60,000 nucleotides of DNA from Malacoraja senta. Taxonomy: Eukaryota. Position 1 is the stretch's first letter. The number at the start of each line of letters is the position of its first letter. The translations under genes and the position numbers were made by a program. Of this stretch, positions 24,858-36,110 are shown in pieces. The notes under the pieces are model-generated. The model was given only the letters and a program-made list of their open reading frames with translations, was not told the DNA's origin and made no database searches. The stretch lies in NCBI GenBank assembly GCA_038087875.1, contig CM075987.1, positions 20,028,001 to 20,088,000 on the forward strand. The letters are read 5' to 3'.

Positions 24858-25336
24858 AGGTGAGATCCAATGAGTATCTCTGGCTTTACCTTGAATTTTC
24901 CCTCAACATTATTTGATCAACTGGAAACTGGTAAGTATGCCAAGCACTGGGACTGTGATTCCATACTTGCTTCTGCAAAATCTTTGTATTCACAATATTA
25001 AATTTGTTCAGAAGAATGTAAAGAACAATATGGTAGCAGAATTAAACAAAACAACAGAAAATCATCAAATATTCAAATGTTTTTAATAAGTGAAGCTGCA
25101 ACCCAGTTAACTGCTGATTGGTGTAAAAGGTGTAACTCTGAATCAATGCAAAGATGTTAATATTTTTATAAGAGTAGGAGGTTTATACTGTACACTAATG
25201 GCATAATATTTTGTGATGTGCCACTGGCATTACAGTTGTATTCATTAAATCTTCATATTAAAGTAACGATTATGCTGTTGAGTTGCTAACATCTAGATGA
25301 TTATGGCATTTGTAACCTGCGGCTTATCTATCACAG

Positions 25337-25390
25337 GGTGCCAGAGGCATTCAAGGATCCCCTGGATTGAGAGGGATGAAGGGCCGCAGG
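25337..25390 (+). CDS. Collagen exon D, GARGIQGSPGLRGMKGRR
   Basis: 54 bp, cacag acceptor, gtaagc donor, phase 0. Confidence 0.93.
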
Positions 25391-26609
25391 GTAAGCAAGC
25401 ACTTTCAAATACAAATGGAATAAATAACCTTATTGTGGAGAGCATCTCAATCACAGTAAGTGAGTTCTTAACATATTGTGTTGTATTGAAGACAATAGTT
25501 ATTGGGGGAAAAAAAGTGGTTTTACAATCATGAGTGCACCAAGACAACGGTAAAGAATAATACTATGCAGCATATTACTAGTAAGAGAATTGTTTCTCTG
25601 TATTTTTATGCACCAGGAATGAAAAATAACACTTAGGAGTGCTATTGAGCTGGAATATCATATTGCTAATATCCCATCTATTTGAAATGGAACTTTTGCA
25701 TCCTTACCATATCTGACAAAAATAACTGCATAAATAAGGAAAGGTGGCTCTATGTTACACAGAGCTAGGCCCACCTACACACACCGGGGTATAAGGAGCA
25801 AGTGCATGTCACATCTTGTAGTTGGTTCATGAGTGGATGTCTGCAGCAAACGTCACATTGCATTGGCGTCAGTACTGCAGGTCCAGGCCTTTTCAGGCTC
25901 ACTATAATTCACACTAAATATATCTGTTAACCCACTCCCATTGTTCTTATTTACTAATTGCTGCATGTGATACCCAAAGAGTTAAGAATAGAGTATTGTT
26001 GATGCTATTGACATGTCAAAAGAGTATGTCTTTGAGTTTGAAGTGCAAAGTGGTATGTGGAGAGAAACACCAGTCCAGACTTCATAGGGTCAATCTGTTG
26101 TGACATTCAACAGTTCTACCCTAATGAATTGTGTTTCTTGGGTTATATTTACTTCACTTTGTTCACATTCTGTTGCCTAGTTGTGGCTGACAGCAAAACA
26201 AGCTGGACATTGAATATAATGAACATTCTAATTCTGCTGATTCCAAATGGGAATAGTGATATCACTCAGTTTAACTTTTCTTTTTTGATTTATCTTCATG
26301 TTGGGAATTTCATTCATGCTATTTTTGGGTAATAGTGTGTCTCTTTTGTTTAGTGCATATTTGGTACAAATGCAGGCAGTTTATCAATTAATTTTAGAAA
26401 GTGGTATTATCTATAGATAAACACTAAATAGTCTTCTGCTAGTTGAAACTTTATCAAATGCTTGTCATAAGCAAAAATGGTGTAAAGCAGATTCTATAGC
26501 AACTCTGATGTAAACATACTTGCACGATATTGCCTTTTCATTTAGTCCAGTCTAATGTTAGTTAAGTCTTTATGCAGTCAACTGTAGTCCATATGAACTA
26601 TTTCTTAAT

Positions 26610-28140
26610 TATTCATTTTTTGGGATGTGGGCATAGCTGGCAAGATCAACATTTATTGTACATTCTTTTAATGTTCATGAGAAAATGGTGTTGAGCCAAT
26701 TTATTGAACTGTTGCAACCTTTCTTGTGCAGGTATCCATTGTGCTCTTTGAGAGGGAGTTGCAGTAATTAGTCCCAGTAGTGATGAAAAAACATAAATGT
26801 TTTACATAGTAAGGCGTTGTACAAACTTGTTGGAAGCAAAAAAAAACTGCTGGAGGTACTCAGCGGGTCAAACAATATCTGTCAGGAGAAAGGAATTGTC
26901 GACTGCAGCCACTGTATATCACTATTGTGGGTGGGCTTATACTGAAGCCTTCTCCTCCTGCTGTTAGTTGTTTGATTGTCCATTGCCAATCAATATTAAA
27001 TGGGACAAACCTGCAGAGCTTTGACAGATACATTGGTTTTGAGATCACTTAGTTCTGACTTGCTCGCTAAGTTTTGGCATTTTGCTGTGTTGCTGCTTTG
27101 TCAGGTTGACATTTTAAGGAATTCCCGGTGCTGCTGAATTCCTTGGCTTAATATTAATGGTAGGGTGGGGGGTATGCCTGGCCATGAGATAACAGATTGT
27201 GGCAATGTACATTTTCTGTTGGTTCTAATGGTTTGTCGATGTGCAGCATTGAATTGTTTTGTGCTTATCCCATTTAGCATGATTATAATGCCACCTAGCT
27301 TGATAGAGTGTGATGAAGTCAGGACTTAGTCTTTATAGGGACTTTGCAGTGGTCATTTCCATCAGAGCTGTCATGGACAGATTCATCTGCTGCAAGTTAA
27401 CTGGTGAAGCCAGGTCAAGTCAGCTTATTCCTCATAATGGTTCATTCACGACCTGTGGTAGAATGACTTTGGCAAGATACATCTGTCAATGTTGCTAAGA
27501 AAGCATTCTTGGTGATGCACATTGAAGTCCACCAGCCAGTGAATTATTTGTGCCCTTGCAGCCTTCAGTGCTTTCTCTTAGTGTTGTTCAAGCACAGATT
27601 AGCCAGCTGAGGAAGGGCAACAGATGGTTCACTTGTCCATGTTTGACTTGCTACCTTGTGATTTCATCTGGTCTGCTGTCAAAGGATCAATCCCTTCTGC
27701 CTGTACGCCACTTTGCCATTGTTTGCTGTCGTTCACCTCTCAGTGGGACAGTGATTGTGACAGGGAAATCTGACATTGTCTGTAAGATGTGATTGTGCAA
27801 AGCTATTACTTGACTTATGAGCCTGCTCTCCCAGTTTAGACATAAGTTCCAAGCTGTTGATGAGGAGAACTTTGCGAGGCTGAATGGGCTGTGTGTCTTG
27901 GTCCATCTTGTTTTATTTATCTGTTTTATTTTGATATAGTGCAGCTGTATGGCTTGTTAGGCAGGACTACAGGGCATTTAACAGGCAACCATGTGGGTGA
28001 CTCTGGAGTCACACATTCACCAGACCAGTTAAAGATGGCGGATTTCTTTCTCTGAAGAACATGCGAGAAATTTGCAGCACTTAAATAGTTTTTATGGTCA
28101 TTAGACTTTATCCAAATATAAACTTCCACTGATGCTATGG
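26610..28140 (-). mobile_element. Ancient, heavily degraded LINE/SINE remnants
   Basis: gggatgtgggcatagctggcaag...atttattg resembles a common chondrichthyan LINE tail; tggtgatgcacattgaagtcc reads DFNVHH on the minus strand (APE motif). Confidence 0.4.
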
Positions 28141-29559
28141 TTGGATTAGTCTTGGACAATGGTTGATATTTGAGTATAGATATAGCACTCCCAAAATCTT
28201 TTCTTTCTTCATGCATTTTTCTAAGTTTTCAAAAGTAATAACAACTGTGGCATCACAGATCTAACCTTTGGAAAGTAAATGTTGTTCTCCATAAGTTTCA
28301 GTGCCTTGAGCAGAAAAGTACACAACATTTCTCATCAATGAAGTCAAAATCTGACTATTGAGAGTTTAGCATTTAATTAAATATAGGAGAGGGAATATAC
28401 AGTAGTTGGGACTGGTTTGCTAAAGAATAATGTTGCTTCTGGTGAGTATATTTCACTGATGGTATGAGTCCAATGTCACATCACATAGTGTTAAGCAAAA
28501 CTATCTGTGAGTCCCACATAGTAAATTTAATTCACAACATGTGTCACAAAGAAAAGTAAATTAAAAAATGGGAATGACATGACCAAAAGAAACCAATTAC
28601 ACTGAAATTTCCAATCCAATCGTTGTGTGGCTTGGGAAGATATTTTTCTAATGACCTCATTTCTGATGGGAGCTTCTCTGGGATCAGGACAAATGATGAA
28701 ATCAGGGATAGAGAGGCATTCCAGTGCAGTAAAATGCGAGCACACTGTGTCACTTTTCTCTTGAGGAAAGAAGGATGAGGATTGAACTGATGGAGGTCAT
28801 TAAAATGATGGAACAATGCAATTTAAAAAGTTAGATTGTTGTTCTTCCATCCAAATACTAAGGTTTTCTCCTGTATTGACAGTATATACATTTTAAAATC
28901 AGTTGTGATTTCAGCGGCGGATTTCTGTCCAGCCACAGCTCTTCAAGAGCACTCTATTGACATCTATTTTCAGCAAAACACTGTCTCTAAACAAGATAAT
29001 CCACAAACAAGCAGTGTAATTTCCAATAAATTTCCAATTCCAGCATCATACTGTGCAAAGGATAGTCAGCATGTGTGAAGGATGGAGAGGTGGGGGGTTT
29101 GATTTTAGAGAGGCCTATCCCTGAGAGAAAACAAATAACCAGCAGCTGGACAGTTAGGAACAACAAAGGATGAGATAGTTGGGTCATTAGTGGGTTGAGA
29201 AGGTGTGGGAGTTCAGAGAAGGAAAGAAAATGCAAAAGGGAGGTGGTCAGGAGATTAATGAATAGATGTTCGTGAGAATGTTCAAGGCTTTGCGAGGAGG
29301 ACTAAGGGAGAGGCGGTTAGGAAAAGGGGAAATTGAATATCAAAGGGGTTCTTCGGGAGGCAGGTGATGAAGGGGTACAAGAAATCTGGAACTAGATATC
29401 ATCCAGCACCTTAGCAGGGAGAACTGCCACTACAGTATGTACTTGTTTGAGGTTTGTGAAAATGATTTGCAACCCCTTTGCAAGCATGGCGGGTACTAAT
29501 AGGTTGATTAAGAACGCTGAACTAAATGGCACTCGGGTTACAAGTATCCTGAATCTGCA

Positions 29560-29749
29560 TGTAGGGGAGAGGAGAGAGAAGAGGGAAGGTAAAGAGGAGG
29601 GGGAGGGAGTGTTGGGGGATGAGGGCAAATGAGCCGCGCCTGCGCAGTTGGGGGCTATGGGTGAGTGGTGGAATATTGTGTTGGGGGAACGGGTGAGTGA
29701 TGGAATATTGCGTTGGGGAACGGGGCCCAACAAGTCCCACTTGGTCTAG
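29560..29749 (+). mobile_element. Helitron 3' end fragment
   Basis: Matches 40970-41166, ending ggggcccaacaagtcccacttggtCTAG followed by t. Confidence 0.7.
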
Positions 29750-30542
29750 TGCTTATTAAAACTGAAATTTATTGACATTGAATAATATCTTTTAATAAAA
29801 ATTGCTGATTTTGCCCCACACAGAGAAACTGAGAAATCACCCCCTTTGTGCCAGAAGGACCTGAAAGAAACAATGGTCTGTATTTGAATAAGGAGAGCAG
29901 GCAGAAAAATATAGTTGAGGTCAAGATCAGATTATTTAAAGTTTTTTAGGGTTTGAACTGTTTAGGGTATTCCAGTTAGCTCAATTAGGTGGGTGAGACA
30001 CGTTCTTCCTCCCCTTCTTACCCCCCCCCCTTCCTTCTATTTCCCCTGTCCTCTTCTTCCTCCTTCATGAACATCTACACTTCCCCTTCCCTCAAATTCC
30101 CCTCTTACACCACGTCTTTCCCCTTTCCTCTTCTCTTCCAACTTCCCTTTTCATCATTCCTACTCGCATCTTCCCTCTCTCCACCCCACCCTCTAAACCA
30201 CACACCTCTCTCCCACTTGTCAGCTTGAATCATGCCATCACACTGGTCTTCCCCATAAAGTATATGGATAACCTCTGAGAACAAGCTCAAAAAAGTTTTG
30301 CAGATTCAGAAAATGAATTTGGTATTTACCGTGTGCATGAGTGATGAACATTGTTGATTTGCTCCCACTAGCAAGTCATGATCCATCCATTCATTCCTGT
30401 TCAGTATATGGAGTTACACCGGAGAGCCTTTTTCCATGCTCACTGACTCAATGGCAAATGGTGGATGTACTTAGTATTGACTCATTCCAATGCAAATTGG
30501 ATACCTTTCAGACAATGGAAAGATGGTCAAATGGGAGTAATT

Positions 30543-31278
30543 TACAAAGGTACAAAGGTACAAGACATTTATTATCACATACACCAATTGGTGTAATGAA
30601 ATTTGACTTGCCATGCAGCACACAGATAAAGATAAGACACAACATTAAAGAATTTAACAATAAACATAAAAACATCCCCCCACAATGGTTCCCACTGTGA
30701 GGGAAGGCACAAAGTCCAGTCCCCATCCCCATGTTCACCCATAGTCGGGCCTATTGAGGTCTCCGCAGTCACCGCTACGGGGACCGATGTTACAGGCCCT
30801 TCTTCGCCGGGTGATGGTGCTCTGGCGTCGGGAGAACCCTCTCAGCGGCTTGGGATGCTTGGAACAGCCGCTTCCTTACCGGAGACCGTGGCTTCCGAAG
30901 CCAACAGGCCGCGCTGGACGTAGCTTCACCACTGGCGATCTCGGCAAGAGATCCCAGGTTCCTGATGTTAAAGTCAGCGCCGCCGCCCACGGCTGGCTGC
31001 TCCACAGTCCCGCAGCTCCGCGATGTTAACCTGCGGTCTCAGCATTCCGGAGCTCCAGCGCGGCGACCCTGGCAAGGCATCGCCCGCTCCACTCCGCGAT
31101 AGCGCTCCAGAGCTGCGCCGCCACCGAAGCCGAGGTTCTGGGCGGTCCCCTCAGGAAACGCCGCTCCAGGCCCACTGGTAGGCCGCGAGGACTGGTCGAC
31201 GGTGCAGCCCGGAGAAAAGCCGCCTCTCCGACCAGGTAGGGACTCTGAAATGCAGTTTCCCCTTCCCCCCCCCCCCCA
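30543..31278 (-). mobile_element. GC-rich non-coding retroposon, distant relative of 23945-24857
   Basis: Minus strand ends tacacc-aatt-ggtgta tgtgataataaa...(tgtacctt)n; shares cggagaggcg, cggcttc..gcgcagc and tgtgccttcc..cacagtg blocks with 23945-24857. Confidence 0.62.
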
Positions 31279-31332
31279 AATAAGTGTAGGAAGCTTGGCA
31301 GAAACAGGTGACTGTGGTCCAATAGTTTGCCA

Positions 31333-31878
31333 TCTATACATAACTAAAACTCTCATCTTGTTATCTTCTGGTTTGCGTTTTTACATTTGCGCAACAATAG
31401 TACACAATAGCGCTATGATTTTTCGCCACCTTACTCACCATTCTCCTGTGCTGCAAGTGCAATGGGTTTTGTTCCGATCGGTGGTATATTTTAAAAGTTA
31501 TTAAGGTGCATGCGCAGATTGGTCTCTCCTGTTAGTCACCACCAGGACGGCGACGCCCCTTCCTGCACCATCGCCACACTGATTGGCCGCATCCGCTGTC
31601 AGTCACTGGCGGCGCCCGCCTCTGCCCGGCGTTGCCGGCGTGGCCTCTGGTCGGCGCAGCCTCCGATCGACGTGGCCTTCGGTCGGCACAGCCTCTGGTC
31701 AAGGCAACCTCCGGTCAGAGGAGCAGCAACCTCGAGATCCAGGGGAGATGAGGAGGGAGAGTGGGGGATTTGAGGGAGAGGAGGGGGTAGGGAGGGAGAG
31801 GGGGTTAAGTGGGGGAACTGAGGAGGGAGACTGGGGAGGAGGGGGGTAGAGGGAGAGGAGGGGTGTAGGGGAACCTAG
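31333..31878 (+). mobile_element. Non-autonomous Helitron, 5' part (related subfamily, 3' end unclear)
   Basis: a|TCtatacataactaaaactctcatcttgtt and ccaccttactcaccatt shared with the element at 40142. Confidence 0.6.
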
Positions 31879-32102
31879 ACAGTGAATACAATTTGGTTTC
31901 CTCAAACAGCTTGTAGGACGACCAATGAGAGAATGGGTATTTAGATCTAGTTCTGTGCAATGAGCAAGGGTTAATCAGTACATTGCTGGTTGAGAGGCCT
32001 TTAGGGAACAGTGATCACTATACCATAGAAGTTTAATTAAAAATTGAATGTAATTTCATTCACTCCAAAATTAGTGTCTCAAATGTAAATATAGAAGTGT
32101 AA

Positions 32103-32789
32103 AGGGCCTGTCCCAGTTCCGTGTCCTTGGCACGCAAATTATGCGACCTCGTGGCAGCGTTTAGGCGCACGGGCATCGTATGGCCGCGCGGGGCTGGTCC
32201 CACTTAGAAGCGCGGAGGGGTATGTAGTTGTGCGCGATATCGCGCAGGGCTCCATAATTTTTGTAGTGAACAAAATCTTTGCGCGCCAACGGCCTGTCGC
32301 GGAACTGACGGCCAAAGTGGGACAGGCCTGGAGCGACGCAACATCTCACCTTCAACAGCTGCAGAAGCAGGCAAACGATCGTCGAACTCGGCCTGGGGCT
32401 CACAGCCGTTGCGGTCCGGATCTGCCCCCACTTCTACTCCCAGAGCAGGGCCAAGAAAATTGAAGATAGACACAAAATGCAGGAGTAACTCAGCGGGACC
32501 GGCAGCATCGCTGGAGAGAAGCAATGGGTGACGTTTCGGGTCAAGACCCTTCTTTTCAGACTGAAGAAGAGTCTCGACATGAAACGTCACCCATTGCTTC
32601 TCTCCAGAGATGCTGCCGGTCCCGCTGAGTTACTCCAACTTTGTGTCCATCTTCAAATGACGTCACGCGCTCCAGACGGCTGTGCGTACGCATGTAATCG
32701 CGCCCGACCTTCGCGGGACAGTCGCGGTTCAATGCGACCACGAGGTCGCGTAATTTGCGTGCCAAGGACACGTAAGTGGGACAGGCCCT
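32103..32789. mobile_element. PIF/Harbinger-type MITE with ~52 bp TIRs and TAA target duplication
   Basis: taa|AGGGCCTGTCCCAGTTCCGTGTCCTTGGCACGCAAATTATGCGACCTCGTGG ... CCACGAGGTCGCGTAATTTGCGTGCCAAGGACACGTAAGTGGGACAGGCCCT|taa. Confidence 0.85.
32460..32656. repeat. ~197 bp near-perfect palindrome of two Penelope-derived modules with hammerhead-like cores head to head
   Basis: ttgaagatagacacaaa...gggtgacgtttcgggtcaagacccttcttttcag a ctgaagaagagtctcgacatgaaacgtcaccc...tttgtgtccatcttcaa. Confidence 0.85.
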
Positions 32790-35777
32790 TAAGGATATCT
32801 GTGGCATAAATTAGGTGTGGTAGTGTGGTAACTACAAACAAATGATGGTTACCATTTAAAAAAAAAAAAAAATCAATAGTTGACTACAAATATATTTCTT
32901 GTTAAGGCACAAAACCTCAACTGAAAAAGTACTCCAGTGCTGGCTATCAAAAATATAAAGATATCTTCATAATCCTGCAAAATGGAACAGCAAGCCTGGA
33001 GATGGGGAACATTTCAGAATTCAGGCAGGAGCACCGGGAATTAAAGACTGGGAGGAAAGTGAAATAAGAAAGAAATTTATGGAGGAATATAATAGAATGT
33101 AAAATCTTTCATAGCTGCGTAATTGCACACTGCGGCAGAAAAACGGTGATAATAGCCATCAGGAAATGATGCTCGTCTTCAAGAAAGATAGAACAGAAAA
33201 TTGTGGAAAACAGCAGATTAAATGTTTTGCAGAAATCCCCAAGATTGATGATCTGCCTGCCAAATTTATAGAAAGGATGTCTTTACATGAGATAAGGGTG
33301 CTCTGGTTGTCATCTTCCAAAACTCCATGGATTCAAAAATTGTGTTCCCATAGATTGGAAGGGAGGACATGTAACCGCATTATTTAAGAGGAGAATGAAA
33401 GCAAAAATGGATTGGAAACTGGATATTTTAGCCTAACATTAGCATGAAGGAAAATATGTAAATTAGGGGATGAGGAGGAGGACATTTGAAAAATAAATAG
33501 TAATACAACTCATCATGGATTTATTGAAAGGAAAATTGCATTAGATAATTCCGTTAGAGTTTTTAAGATTGTAACCTGCAGAATAAATAAGTGAATTCAG
33601 TGTATGTAATGTATTTGGATTTAGAGAATGCTTTTGATAAGGGGCCATACAGGATCTTATTAAACAGCTATAGAAATAATCTCACTGAAGGCTTGCTTTG
33701 ATAAATGCTTCCAGTTCATTTGGTTGTATATTCCTTAGCTCATTGTGGAATTGTGCATCTTAATTGATCCTTGTAGTTAAATGACTGATCCTAGAGCTTG
33801 TCTGATTTGGGTTGATGTCTCATTAACGTTGACAGGTTGTGGTTGGCTGCAACTCAGCAGCAAATAATTTTTCAGTGTCAGATGTCTGTACAAGAAGTTT
33901 CCAGTTTACCTGGGAGATGGTTACAGCTACTCTTGTCAACCTTTACGATAGAAAGTGTAGTACCATTGTCTTACCTTGTGGACAGATTTTCCAATGGTGC
34001 TCCTATGGACCTAAATGATATATGATGTATCTTGGTTTAATGTTTTCAAATCTTCTATTCATTATATAAAACATAATGTAAAGTAGCTTGAATCCACATA
34101 CCATAAATTGCATTTGGTTTCCAATATCACCATCTGAATTGTTCTTGTAATAAGTGAAAATGAGAATTGACATTTGACTGAAAAATTGATCTGAGGGGAA
34201 TAGTCGTACTTGGAGAAAAATGCTATTAAATTACTGTCTTTAAGTGAGGATCTGAGATTTGTGCCAGAATTTAGCTCTGACTTCCCACCATTTAATATTT
34301 CTATTACTTCCGAGAAGATAAGTTACTCAGCGCTTCAGCTATGACATCTTAACTGCAAACAGCCAATATTTCTTTCTTGATCTCTCATGGGCTTGCAACA
34401 TTTAAATTGAAAAAACTGAGCATCAACAGTGAACACTGCTAATGTCCCAGCAGAATGCTGCCATAATGTAAAATAAGATAATGGAGTTCTTCCAAAAAGT
34501 AGTGTGAAACTACAATCATTCACAATTCTGCACATCTGTAGTAAAGTAAGTAGAAAGGATTGACTTTAGTAGTTCGACCATTAACCCATATTCTGCCACT
34601 TAAACTTATTACGTAGTGCATTCTTTTATCAATTGTTAAGGAATACAGGATGGATTTAAGATGAAATGCACCAAAACATAGTCGCATTTTCTCTCCTCAC
34701 TTCTATTGGGCATTCACACTGAACAATTAATTGTAGAAAGCATGATCAAATTCGCAATTTCCACCAATTCTGCAACAAACAATATATTGGTGTGGTGCCT
34801 GAGCTATCAAAAACAGAAACAGACTATAATAAATTCTGATGCTACATACAATGGAAAAAGCTAGCAATGACTGAAGAGAACCCTGACAGGTTGTAATGAG
34901 AAATAAGGAAATCGGCGGGAATTAAACTACGTTCAGCATGTCATCAAGGGAGATGACACAAAAGACAAGCCAGAAATATAAGAAAACCTCAGCTCTAATG
35001 AGAATGAGGAATGGAAGGAAGGAAATATTAGTAAAATAAAATATCAGAAACATTGGTGATGCAAAAAGCCTCAGATGATCGACTCCTTGTGCTTAAATTA
35101 GGCTATTTTCAGCGACTTCAGGGATAACAAACTGGAGTTTTATTATAGGTCCTACACAAACTAACTAATAAATAATCTAATCACCATATCCGTGCTAATC
35201 CTTCATGCCAAAACTTTTTTAACCGTTTTTATTGTGATAGAGCAGGAAAAATAGTCAATGGAATTGCGTAAAGCATCTCAAAGTATACCATTAATTTTGC
35301 TTGCAATCTATTTTTACCACATTAATCAGTACTAATATTATTTATTCTGTTGTTTGTTACAAAAAAGAAATACATTCAGGCGATACAGTCACATATTTTA
35401 ACAATGTGGCTCACTTGAGTTATATTTAAAGATCTCGTCAGATTTTATTGTTATCTTTGCCACTGTTCTAGACAATGATTTTAGGCCTGAAATTCCTGGG
35501 AGTTTGTTAAGCAGGCATAGGTAAAGTATGGCAAAGTAGGATACATACCTGCACTAACTAGAACCTAAGAGTACCAACCCAAAACACAAGAGTAGGGTAA
35601 TCTTCATGGTCACGTTTTGCCACCCATCTCTCGAAGAGCATATCATGAGCTCAATCTGAAATTTCTTCCAGAGGTTGAATCAGTACCATCATATCCAAAC
35701 AGCGGTAGCTGTCTTGCAAGATTCAATTAATTGTGTCCTCTTCTGATTTTTCTGCTGACAGAAGTATTTCCCAGAGA

Positions 35778-36110
35778 ATGTGTATAAAATCATGAGAGGA
35801 ATAGAATGGGTAGATGCACAGAGTGTCTTGCCCACAGTAGGGGAATCGAGGACCAGAGGACATGGGTTTAAGGTGAAGGGGAAAAGATTTAATAGGAATC
35901 TAAGGGGTAACTTCTTCACACAAAGGGTGGTGGGTGTATGGAACAAGCTGTCAGATGAGGTAGTTGAGGCTGGGACTATCCCAATATTTAAGAAACAGAC
36001 AGGTACATGGATAGGACAGGTTTGGAGGGATATGGACCAAGCGCAGGCAGGTGGGACTAGTGCAGCTGGGACATGTTGGCCGAAAGGCCTGTTTCCACAC
36101 TGTATCACTT
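35778..36110 (+). mobile_element. CR1/HER1-like 3' fragment
   Basis: ORF 35780-36154 YKIMRGI...RGNFFTQRVVGVWNKL. Confidence 0.85.

Larger units (their letters stand above)
31880..33660 (+). mobile_element. Old degraded CR1 ORF2 remnant, host of the MITE
   Basis: ttagatctagttctgtgcaatgag (LDLVLCNE), cctttagggaacagtgatcac (PLGNSDH), later gtatttggatttagagaatgcttttgataag (YLDLENAFDK). Confidence 0.65.
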
